A stretch of DNA of 26,886 bases from a virus (IMGVR_UViG_3300012942_000037:77245-104130), one strand, 5' to 3'; numbered from the stretch's first letter, positions 17,366-25,555 are shown. The notes: generated from the sequence alone by a model not told the origin. Numbers and translations are program-made.

Positions 17366-17860
17366 GTGGATCGGGACTTGGGTCTTCTAAGCCTGAAGTT
17401 GGTGAGTTCGATTCTCCCCAGGGGCTCCAATTTTGGAGTTATCATGGACGCGGTCATAAACACATTCCAGCCAGATCAACGAGATTCATTTGGCCAGTAT
17501 GTGATCCTACCTGGCCACATCCATGTCTTCCCCTTCACTATTCCATTCTTGGGTAAGGTGTGCTTGGAGCTCACTCATATCCTACCTAATAGCCAAGACT
17601 TCTCGATTGATGCCTGGGTATCTGATAGACCCTTGGATGGTTTGGTCTTACGCAGGGATATAGGCCATTTTAGGCTGATCCGTCGTCAAACCGTCTTTGA
17701 AATCCACGATGAATGTCTCAAAGCTGGTGACCATGATACTCGCCTTTTTCTTAGGAGTGGTCAGACCTTTTACGTGAATGTGAAGGATCTCCAGAACCGC
17801 AAGAATGCCTATGAGCTCTTCATTGAAGAGGTTGCTCATAATCCCCCTCCAGTTACCTAA
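17366..17860 (+). CDS. hypothetical protein (start uncertain)
   Basis: Frame is open from 17318; GTG 17366 has no SD; see the frameshift finding. Confidence 0.6.
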   Translation: MDRDLGLLSLKLVSSILPRGSNFGVIMDAVINTFQPDQRDSFGQYVILPGHIHVFPFTIPFLGKVCLELTHILPNSQDFSIDAWVSDRPLDGLVLRRDIGHFRLIRRQTVFEIHDECLKAGDHDTRLFLRSGQTFYVNVKDLQNRKNAYELFIEEVAHNPPPVT

Positions 17861-17917
17861 TAGGTGTTGACGCCCTGGTGTTTTCTGCTAGTGTGGCTGA
17901 AACGACTAGGAGCTCTC

Positions 17918-19477
17918 ATGCTGTACGGTACTAAGGAAATGCTCGACGGCCGCGTTGCCACTTTGGCAGTAGCGGCCGATACTGTGGAAGAATTCGTTGC
18001 TTTCACAGAGGCAGTAGTGGGCCAGGAAGACAATCGAAATTGGGTCGAGACCTACGCTTCCAACTTCCTCGACCATATGCAGAATCAGACCTTTAAGGGT
18101 TTCAAGCATAGCGTCCTCGCTATCTACCATTCCGATGAAGCACAACGTGATGCTTTCTGGGCTGAATGGCTCCTAGAGGAAGTCCAGAGCCAACCAGCTC
18201 GTGACCGACACCTCGACATGCTACATGCGAAGAAGGAAGAGATTCGCCAATCCTCAGAAACCGAGGAAGACCGAACCAAAACGCTTGAAGAGCGACTTGG
18301 CCTTGATAAAAACGATCCTTGGGATCGCCGAACCGAGGAAGAGGTCGAAGCTGACAAGAAGATGAAGGAACAGATGAAGGAGATGCGGAAGAAGGGTGAC
18401 CTTTCGGGTGATTCCTTCGGTGGTGCTGATGAGCAGCGCGCTTCGCGTCCCCAATCACGTAATGTTCCTGGCGCCTATGGTCGCACTCAGGCCATCGACG
18501 CACTCAAGGCTTTCGATGAAAACCGAGACAGCGAGAGCTCACCTTACGACGACATGTCGAATGATGAGCTGAAGCAAGCTCTCGAGGATGCTGGAGTTCC
18601 TGATATTCAGGGCGTCTACAATGACGATGAGGTTCCCCAGCGCACTGTGGATGCCAAGGGCGATATCTTCGTTGAGGATATCAAGGGCTCTCAGAACGAG
18701 GATGGCACCTTCGACATTGATAGCATCATGGCGCATAAGCGCGGTGGTGAAATTGATGAGATCACCAAGGCCGAGCGGATCGCTGCTCATGAAGAGAACG
18801 TCGCAGAGAAGAAGGCTGGCCGCAAGGTATTCAGCCCTGGTGATTTTGCGGCTGTGTTGCGTGGCGACGGCTCGGCAGATTCCGTTACTCATGTCGAGGG
18901 TGATGATCGCAAGCGTCGTGGTGAGGGTAAGGCCCGCCCCAAGCTAAGTGATCACGCGGAGGCGGCGATTGCTGAGCACAAGGAGAACGAGCGCAAGGAG
19001 ATGAAGCGTCGCCGCACTCAGGCCGAGAAGGAAGCTGATGTTAAGGCGCGTGGCGAGCGGGATCGCGGCATCTTCAAAGGTGCTGATCTTCATCCTGATG
19101 ATATTGATGCGGTTGCTTGGGATGACCTGCCCGAGAATCTCCGCAAGGTTCTCGAGGAGGCTGAACTCAAGCGCGAATCCATTGAGGTGAAGAACTACCC
19201 ATTCAACGCAGAGTTGGGTGGAAGAGCTCTCCTCCCCTTCGATGGTCTATCGACGGAGAATGGTTACCGCTATGTCGGTGGTGTAAACCTCACCACAGAG
19301 GGCACGATGACTATGGGTGCGCCTGGTGTGGTGATTGTATCACGCATTGATAGCGCGGAGGATGGATATGGCATCTATGCGCGCCGCCTACCAGCTCGTA
19401 ATAAACCAACAGATGGTGAACCAGTAGACACCGATCAGGATATTGGTGTTTGGCTCGTTCGCATTCGCGCCAATTGA
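17918..19477 (+). CDS. large highly charged hypothetical protein
   Basis: Promoter TTGACG-N14-GCTAGT (17867-17892), SD AGGAG before ATG 17918; D/E/K/R-rich. Confidence 0.85.
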   Translation: MLYGTKEMLDGRVATLAVAADTVEEFVAFTEAVVGQEDNRNWVETYASNFLDHMQNQTFKGFKHSVLAIYHSDEAQRDAFWAEWLLEEVQSQPARDRHLDMLHAKKEEIRQSSETEEDRTKTLEERLGLDKNDPWDRRTEEEVEADKKMKEQMKEMRKKGDLSGDSFGGADEQRASRPQSRNVPGAYGRTQAIDALKAFDENRDSESSPYDDMSNDELKQALEDAGVPDIQGVYNDDEVPQRTVDAKGDIFVEDIKGSQNEDGTFDIDSIMAHKRGGEIDEITKAERIAAHEENVAEKKAGRKVFSPGDFAAVLRGDGSADSVTHVEGDDRKRRGEGKARPKLSDHAEAAIAEHKENERKEMKRRRTQAEKEADVKARGERDRGIFKGADLHPDDIDAVAWDDLPENLRKVLEEAELKRESIEVKNYPFNAELGGRALLPFDGLSTENGYRYVGGVNLTTEGTMTMGAPGVVIVSRIDSAEDGYGIYARRLPARNKPTDGEPVDTDQDIGVWLVRIRAN

Positions 19478-19483
19478 ATAGCG

Positions 19484-19882
19484 ATGGATGACTCCTACAC
19501 GGTTGACGACCGTAGCCTTTTGAGGGCGATTGAGTTTGTCGATCGCCAATCGAAGACCACCAGTGATGTCGCCTCGACATCACTGGTGGAGCATATCGTC
19601 GATCGTCCGCAATTCCAGATTCTTAAGGATAACCAACACCTAAGAGAGCTTCTTAGGGCCTTTCTGCTAGCTAACATCCGCGTAGCTCACATCAGGAATC
19701 AGCTCTCGACTGAGCAGTCTAAGGGATGGTTTGAACGCTTAGCCAACAAGAGCAAAAGAGAGCGGCTCCAACTGGAATTAAACCAATTAGAGCCGCTCCA
19801 AAATGAGTCTTTCAATGCCTATGAGATGCTTCGCAAGCTCACAGATATTGAAAACTATCTGCTACGTCGCATTCTAGCTTAG
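19484..19882 (+). CDS. hypothetical helical protein
   Basis: 132-aa ORF 6 nt after the upstream stop. Confidence 0.7.
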   Translation: MDDSYTVDDRSLLRAIEFVDRQSKTTSDVASTSLVEHIVDRPQFQILKDNQHLRELLRAFLLANIRVAHIRNQLSTEQSKGWFERLANKSKRERLQLELNQLEPLQNESFNAYEMLRKLTDIENYLLRRILA

Positions 19883-20673
19883 TGGCGTTCCGCACCACAG
19901 TTGACGCAAACATCATAGGGTGGTTCGACTAGGTTGCCGTCATCATCGACCCCCTCAACCCAATCATGGTCACAGTCGTTATCACTATCAACGTAGCCCG
20001 TGCCATCATTGTGGCCTTCCTCAACTGATTCGTTCATACCAACTTCAGCCTTGAGCGCATCTAGTTGGCTGTCATACCTGGCGCCCCACTTGTCGACCCA
20101 AGCTGCCAATTTGGCAAAGAAACCCTTGAGCTTATCCCCAAGACCTTCATTGATTGACTCCTCGGTCTGAGCCACTTTGTCAGTAGCCTTAAGTGATGCG
20201 GCCTTCTGAACTGGTGCGCTCTTATGCTTCTCGATCAGAGTCTCGAGAACGTCCTGAAGTTCAGGAGTGAGATGATTCTGAAGCTCCTCAAGAACCTTGG
20301 CGTATTTGACTGTCTCGGTGGGCTTGGGGTCTTTGCTCATGTGGAAGATGAAAGATACGGTATCCACGACACGGGTAGAAGCGGCGTCTTCGGCATGGAA
20401 GAGATCAGCGATTAGCTCTCTGGATTCCTGCTTGGTATCTTCCTTGAGCTGCTTCACTCGCTTATCAAGGAGTTCAATACGCTTGAGATTGCGGCCTAGC
20501 TTGGTATAGCGGCCTGACTCATAGGATTTGAGGAATGCGGTGATCTTGTTGATCTCACCGCCAGTCTGCTCAGCCGAATAAGTGATGTCTGGGTGTTGAA
20601 CCTTACCCACATAGTCTGGTGCTGCCGCCTCGAATAGCTTGAGGTAGCCGCGCATGTTTGTTGCGTCAGTCAT
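19879..20673 (-). CDS. putative head internal protein
   Basis: ATAAATA at 20697-20703, SD AGGAGGAG; MRGYLKLFE near the N-terminus; ESINE/G and NESVEE/G protease-like sites; C-terminal CDH...CVNCG. Confidence 0.75.
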   Translation of the reverse strand: MTDATNMRGYLKLFEAAAPDYVGKVQHPDITYSAEQTGGEINKITAFLKSYESGRYTKLGRNLKRIELLDKRVKQLKEDTKQESRELIADLFHAEDAASTRVVDTVSFIFHMSKDPKPTETVKYAKVLEELQNHLTPELQDVLETLIEKHKSAPVQKAASLKATDKVAQTEESINEGLGDKLKGFFAKLAAWVDKWGARYDSQLDALKAEVGMNESVEEGHNDGTGYVDSDNDCDHDWVEGVDDDGNLVEPPYDVCVNCGAERH

Positions 20674-20738
20674 AGGATTCTCCTCCTGGGTTCACCTATT
20701 TATTGATTTCTCGACTGGTGATCATCCACAACACCGGT

Positions 20739-21356
20739 ATGTATATTTTCCTTTATCAGGCTGCTCGTCATGCCAAGCCCGTTGGTTATTACAACAATCG
20801 TCGCCGCTATAGCCAGTCTACGATTCGATGTGATTTTGATCTAGAGCTACTCAAGAAGGGTATCAAAGGCAGATACCAGATCTTAGGTCATGGTAATCAC
20901 CCGTTCCAGAAAGCATTGAAGCAGATGGATTTAGAAGAGGAGTTCTATGGCCACATCATAGCGATTGAAGATTCAAGAAATGCGGTCTGGTTCAAGCTCA
21001 ACTATGATAACATTGGCAAGCATCAAACCAAATACATCGGTGGATGGCGAGATTTGAATGCGGATCACATAGCACCACAAGTTCATCAGTATCAGCTCTT
21101 GGACCAGGTAGCTAAAGGCCTCTATAATCAGATCAGTTTGGTCAAAATGCAGAGAAACCAGGTAGCTCACTTTGCCAATCGTAATACCCAGAATCCTCAT
21201 CCACTTGTTGATCCAGCGATCCAAGCAGGTCGAGATTTCATTAAGACTCTGGATGAAGCTGAGAAGAATCTATCAAGTGAGCGTGATCGCCAGATGGTCA
21301 AACTTGCTGAGCTACAGGATCAGGTCAGAACCTATATGAACGAGCATAAGGGTTAA
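20739..21356 (+). CDS. hypothetical protein
   Basis: ATG 20739 in the track frame; AVWFKLNY motif followed by a coiled-coil. Confidence 0.7.
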   Translation: MYIFLYQAARHAKPVGYYNNRRRYSQSTIRCDFDLELLKKGIKGRYQILGHGNHPFQKALKQMDLEEEFYGHIIAIEDSRNAVWFKLNYDNIGKHQTKYIGGWRDLNADHIAPQVHQYQLLDQVAKGLYNQISLVKMQRNQVAHFANRNTQNPHPLVDPAIQAGRDFIKTLDEAEKNLSSERDRQMVKLAELQDQVRTYMNEHKG

Positions 21357-21423
21357 GACTGGTTGACAGTTCACCTGTTTCTGCTAAACCGATCATACGG
21401 AAACGCAGAAACAGGAGATCGAA

Positions 21424-22335
21424 TTGACCCTTCCGACGGTTAAGGAATTCAAAGATCATGCCGTCCAGGTAATCCAAGTCATGAAGGCTTGGGCCAAGGA
21501 AGAGTTTCATCTCCACAATCTGCCCCTCAAAGTTCGATTCATCGAGCAACAGCGCAACTATTATGGCCAGGCTGGCGTGCTTCGAGATCGGTCGGGACGA
21601 TTTGTCCAGTTTGAACTCAAGCTGGCTATGTATGATTTTATTCACTATCCTCAGGTTGCGGTTTGTGAATACAAGAGCTTCAACAAGAGCAAGGTCATTG
21701 GTGGCTTTGAAAGCACTGACTGGCGGCTCGGTCTTGATACACTGGTTGCTCATGAGATGGCTCACGTGGTTCAGTTCGCACTAAAGATGTCAGCGTTCGA
21801 CCACAGAGCCGTAGGAAGTGATCATCCTTTGGTCACCGGTTGGAATGGGATCACGCCAGTCTTTGGTCGTATGGGTCCTTTTGAATCCAACCATGGAAGC
21901 TTCTTCCAACATGTCTACAAGCGCTTTCGGGAAGAATTCATCAACCACCAGGTTCCAAGGGAAGCCTATACCGCTCCTCACCACTGTTTCGATATTCCTG
22001 ATGATTTTGAGGAACGATTAGCTGGGATGCCAAAGAGCGGCCTTGAGGGGATCCGTTTCATGAGCAATGGCAGAGAACTTGAGGTTGCTGGCCGTAACCC
22101 CAATACCCGTAAGCGCCTCTTCAACTATCAAGTCAAGGAAGTAGCCACGGGGCGTTACCTTGCTATTAAGATGGCAATGATCGCAGCAAGGAGCCCTGAA
22201 GCCAAAGCGATTATCGATAAAAGTCCAGAGCTCTATGCGGAGTTCCAAACTCATTGTATGGCAATCCACACCAAGCAAATGGCGAATGCTAAGAGTGGCT
22301 ATACTAAACGACGCCGAGCGGCCAGTAGGAGGTAA
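21424..22335 (+). CDS. SprT-like zinc metalloprotease
   Basis: TLVAHEMAHVVQF (HExxH) with downstream NHGSFFQ; promoter TTGACA-N14-GCTAAA (21363-21388); SD AGGAG with TTG start. Confidence 0.75.
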   Translation: MTLPTVKEFKDHAVQVIQVMKAWAKEEFHLHNLPLKVRFIEQQRNYYGQAGVLRDRSGRFVQFELKLAMYDFIHYPQVAVCEYKSFNKSKVIGGFESTDWRLGLDTLVAHEMAHVVQFALKMSAFDHRAVGSDHPLVTGWNGITPVFGRMGPFESNHGSFFQHVYKRFREEFINHQVPREAYTAPHHCFDIPDDFEERLAGMPKSGLEGIRFMSNGRELEVAGRNPNTRKRLFNYQVKEVATGRYLAIKMAMIAARSPEAKAIIDKSPELYAEFQTHCMAIHTKQMANAKSGYTKRRRAASRR

Positions 22336-22338
22336 TCC

Positions 22339-22728
22339 GTGCTTCTGATCCTCATCGCACTCTTGGCACAAGCCCAACCAGTTTTCACCGAGGATTTCCC
22401 CTCCGGATCACAGGTCGATCTGAACCAAGGATTCTACGTCTGCGAAACCCCTAACCCCAGGGATACTGTTGATCAGCTGGTGGAGATCCTTGATGGTAAT
22501 GTGAGGCGTGATCGCGCTGATTCACTTGGTTGCCCTTTTGTATTCCAGCCAGAGCATCCTCATCGTGTAACAGTGATCGACCATACGGCTGATATCTGTC
22601 TTGATGTCAGGTCTAGTTCCTACAATGCCTATTGCGGTCGAGAGGCTCATCAGCTGACTATCCAGGATGGCTCCAAAAGAGAGACGGTTATCTGGATTTC
22701 GCTTGATGTAGACTATGATGAAAATTGA
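22339..22728 (+). CDS. putative exported protein
   Basis: MLLILIALLAQA signal-like N-terminus; four Cys; SD AGGAGG. Confidence 0.65.
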   Translation: MLLILIALLAQAQPVFTEDFPSGSQVDLNQGFYVCETPNPRDTVDQLVEILDGNVRRDRADSLGCPFVFQPEHPHRVTVIDHTADICLDVRSSSYNAYCGREAHQLTIQDGSKRETVIWISLDVDYDEN

Positions 22729-22761
22729 CCTATAGGTCACTATATCGCATCATAGCGATAT
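22725..22761 (+). promoter_or_regulatory. promoter with perfect 14-bp palindrome and a second inverted repeat
   Basis: TGACCTATAGGTCA (22726-22739) over the -35; ATATCGC/GCGATAT (22742-22761) reaches the ATG. Confidence 0.6.
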
Positions 22762-23194
22762 GAAGATTGGATTCTCTTTCGGGCGGTGCGTCCGTGATAT
22801 CGTGAATGGGACAATTCCTTACGAGGATGTCTACCTCATTGTTTCAAGAACTCTCATTCATGACTCTTCACAGGTCGATGAAGTAATCCAGGAATACCTC
22901 TGGAGGCCCGAATACCTCCAGGGTCTAGATGAAACCCAATGCTATGAAGTAGCGCAGAAGCTCTACTTGGGAGGCAAGCTCTACCAACCTCGTAAGTATG
23001 GCTTCAATCCTCGAATGGTGGCCGAGAACGCGGTATGGATGGATCTCGCTCCTTGTATCCTAGGGCCAGATCTTGATGGTATGGAACCACATCATGCTGA
23101 GCAAGTGGTGAAGGCTTGGAAGAATTACCAACTGGCTCTGAAGATGACAGCTCTGAAACAGTTCCCCAAGGTTAACCTCAAGGATGACTTCTGA
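22760..23194 (+). CDS. conserved phage hypothetical protein
   Basis: MKIGFSFGRCVRDIV..G...EDVYLIVSRT N-terminus. Confidence 0.8.
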   Translation: MKIGFSFGRCVRDIVNGTIPYEDVYLIVSRTLIHDSSQVDEVIQEYLWRPEYLQGLDETQCYEVAQKLYLGGKLYQPRKYGFNPRMVAENAVWMDLAPCILGPDLDGMEPHHAEQVVKAWKNYQLALKMTALKQFPKVNLKDDF

Positions 23195-23394
23195 TGGAAG
23201 ATCCTCTGGCCTTTATGGCTCGTATGAAGGCAATTCTGAGCCAGGTTAAGAGCAAATACGTTCAGCCAGAGGGTAATTGTGTTTTGATGCGTAAGGCGGG
23301 TAACCTCACAGAGGCCGATCTAATACGTCTCATCAACTTCACTGAAGCGGCCCATGATTTCATCGAGAACAATAAGGGACAGCCTACCCTCTAA
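23194..23394 (+). CDS. small hypothetical protein
   Basis: Coupled TGATG start; 66 aa. Confidence 0.65.
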   Translation: MEDPLAFMARMKAILSQVKSKYVQPEGNCVLMRKAGNLTEADLIRLINFTEAAHDFIENNKGQPTL

Positions 23395-23402
23395 ATAGGG
23401 GA

Positions 23403-23834
23403 ATGGTAGATCACAGAAACCCACCCAAGCCACCTTTCTATAATAGTGCGAAGCCTGGTCAGTGCCGTTGGTGTGGCCAGGATATCCTAAAAGCCGATGG
23501 CTCAATCAACAAGAGGGCTAATTGGCATAAGGTCTGCGTGGCAGAATACAAACTCATTCATTGGCCCAATGAGACTCGTAAAGCTGTCTATAAGCGAGAT
23601 AAAGGGATTTGCTCTAAGTGTGGTCACAAGTGCGCTCACAAGTATAGTGACGTGTGGCACCTAGATCACATAAAGCCATTGATAGAGGCTCAGGGTGATC
23701 TCAATTATTGGAAGCTGCCTAATCTCCAAACCTTATGCCAAACATGTCATCATAAGAAGACGGGCGCGGAAGCAACCGCGAGGGCAGAAGCTAGAAGGGT
23801 AGCCAAACTTAATGAGCCTGACGGATCTTCTTAA
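23403..23834 (+). CDS. HNH endonuclease
   Basis: CSKCG...WHLDHIKPL...NLQTLCQTCHHKKT; CTAAATA at 23391-23397. Confidence 0.9.
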   Translation: MVDHRNPPKPPFYNSAKPGQCRWCGQDILKADGSINKRANWHKVCVAEYKLIHWPNETRKAVYKRDKGICSKCGHKCAHKYSDVWHLDHIKPLIEAQGDLNYWKLPNLQTLCQTCHHKKTGAEATARAEARRVAKLNEPDGSS

Positions 23835-23970
23835 CGTCCTTGGATACATCCTGAGCTAGATCGGTCTGAACTTCTTCCTTTTGGGTTGCTTCACTGTAAC
23901 CCATCATGGAGAGGAAGTCAGGGTCTAGATCATTCCACCAAGATTCAGGGATGATTTCACGTATTTTCAT
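23809..23970 (-). CDS. 53-aa late protein MKIREIIPESWWNDLDPDF... (absent from ORF track)
   Basis: CTAAATA (23978-23984) 7 nt before ATG; capsid-targeting-like N-terminus; TAA at 23809-23811. Confidence 0.7.
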   Translation of the reverse strand: MKIREIIPESWWNDLDPDFLSMMGYSEATQKEEVQTDLAQDVSKDVKKIRQAH

Positions 23971-23994
23971 AACTACCTATTTAGTAGGGTTAGA

Positions 23995-24207
23995 ATGGCA
24001 GAACTGACTATCCACAAACATGATGGTGAGACTGATACCACGGGGTTGGCTCGATTGATCCGAGATATCACGGGATGCCATATCAGAGAAGCCAAGAAGA
24101 TCATCGAGCATTGTAAGGCGGGTGGTCGGGCTACGATCCAAGTGCCCTTTGCTCAGCGGCTCACGGTAGCAACAAAGTTCCTGGAGAAGGGGTTTACGAC
24201 CTCTTAG
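23995..24207 (+). CDS. ribosomal protein bL12 C-terminal-domain-like protein
   Basis: LARLIRDITGCHIREAKKIIE resembles the bL12 CTD helix-turn VIKAVR..TGLGLKEAKDLVE. Confidence 0.5.
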   Translation: MAELTIHKHDGETDTTGLARLIRDITGCHIREAKKIIEHCKAGGRATIQVPFAQRLTVATKFLEKGFTTS

Positions 24208-24273
24208 TATAAGGTTTCACTTTTAATAGCCTGATGCGTTCCTACTAAATATGCTACCATATGGGAGGCTATT

Positions 24274-25395
24274 ATGCGCTGGTCTGAAATTGTGACAGAG
24301 AGATGGATAACTGAAGAGCAGGTCAGCAAAGAGGGATCCATGTGGGTGGGATACCACCGCACCAAACCAGACAATTTGGAGCAGATCCAAAACAAAGGCT
24401 TTGTGGTTTCTAACCCTGACGAACAAGCCTACGGGCCAGGTGCTTATGCCTGCTTGGATTGGAAATCAATAACCAATGGGCCAGTCAACCTCTGGGGCTC
24501 GATGGTGTTGAAGGTAAAAATGAATCTACATGGATGTTTGGTTCTAGATGTCGATCTTGCCAAGCAGATCTATGGTGAAAAATCATCGCTTGAAGATCAG
24601 TTCAAGATGTTTGGTCTTCCTTTGGGGGAAATACCTGAGCTGCGAGCCCAGGCCCAGGGAGATTATGATGACGAAGATGATGATGATGATGATCCATATG
24701 CTGGTACTTACTCAGCTATGACACGCCGCGCTGCCGTCCTATTCTACGACTCGAACAAGATTAAGGGACTGGTTTACAACTGCCCAAATGATGGTAACGC
24801 AGTTGTGATGTGGAATCCAAAAGACATGATTCCGTTCGCCTATGCTGAAGACGTGAAGCCTGGGGCGGATCTCTCTTCAGTTAGCTGGACTAAACTTACA
24901 TCTGTTCCAATCGGTAAGGGATCAAACAGCAAACTACCTAAGTTTTCCAAAGGTCGGGATGGCAATACCTTGGAAAAGATGGGTAACCGTAAGAAGACGC
25001 CTCTGAATTCTCACGAAATGTTACACTATCTCAAAAAGTTCAACATCGGTCTTCATGATCTCAAAAACATGGGCTTCACGGTTGATGATGATCTTGCTAA
25101 TAAGATATGGAAAACAAAAGAGATCGGTGGAGTCTTAAAGAATGATCTACTGGTTGCGGGTCTTGGTTCTCCGTCAAATTCGGATCTGATTAGCGCAATA
25201 GCTAACGACAATACTGGTAATCTTATTATGACACTTGCCCACAAGGGACCGATTAACCAACAGATGCTTGACGCGGCAGTGAAATCTAAGGTCAGAGGGG
25301 TGGCCTATACTAGCCTTCAAGGCTATGCCAAAAAGAACGGCTTGAAGTTTGAACTGGATCCGGCGCGAACCGCGACACCACCGGTATCGCGATAG
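24274..25395 (+). CDS. ADP-ribosyltransferase-fold protein (H-Y class, ART-PolyVal-like), late, MRWSEIVTE N-terminus
   Basis: GYHRT...GF...YGPGAY, WGS.VLKVKMNL, KGLVY...DG..VVMWNP; CTAAATA at 24245-24251; SD GGAGG. Confidence 0.65.
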   Translation: MRWSEIVTERWITEEQVSKEGSMWVGYHRTKPDNLEQIQNKGFVVSNPDEQAYGPGAYACLDWKSITNGPVNLWGSMVLKVKMNLHGCLVLDVDLAKQIYGEKSSLEDQFKMFGLPLGEIPELRAQAQGDYDDEDDDDDDPYAGTYSAMTRRAAVLFYDSNKIKGLVYNCPNDGNAVVMWNPKDMIPFAYAEDVKPGADLSSVSWTKLTSVPIGKGSNSKLPKFSKGRDGNTLEKMGNRKKTPLNSHEMLHYLKKFNIGLHDLKNMGFTVDDDLANKIWKTKEIGGVLKNDLLVAGLGSPSNSDLISAIANDNTGNLIMTLAHKGPINQQMLDAAVKSKVRGVAYTSLQGYAKKNGLKFELDPARTATPPVSR

Positions 25396-25485
25396 GCGAC
25401 AGGTCTGCTACATCTCTGCTGGACGATTACAGATTCGTTAAAGGTACCCTTTTCAACCCTTTTCTTGGACTCTCAATTAACCTGG

Positions 25486-25493
25486 TATAAATA
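25486..25493 (+). promoter_or_regulatory. canonical T4 late promoter TATAAATA
   Basis: Exact T4 gp55 consensus at the head of the RNA cluster. Confidence 0.6.
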
Positions 25494-25518
25494 GGGTTGT
25501 AGACACTAAGAAAAGTTA

Positions 25519-25547
25519 TTGCGTTTGTGCTAAGAACTTCATATAGT
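25519..25547 (+). promoter_or_regulatory. sigma70 promoter for the tRNA-Ala transcript
   Basis: AAAAGTTA-TTGCGT-N17-TATAGT. Confidence 0.65.
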
Positions 25548-25555
25548 GGATACAT

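Noticed and set aside
24661-24693. GAT triplet repeat
   Set aside because: It encodes a poly-Asp loop within the ART-like protein; no sign of a DNA-level function.
1095-25244. Numerous antisense or out-of-frame track ORFs (e.g. 1356-1631, 7214-7717, 12178-12609, 18539-18947, 21325-21765, 22018-22377)
   Set aside because: They shadow better-supported genes and have no SD, promoter or motif.
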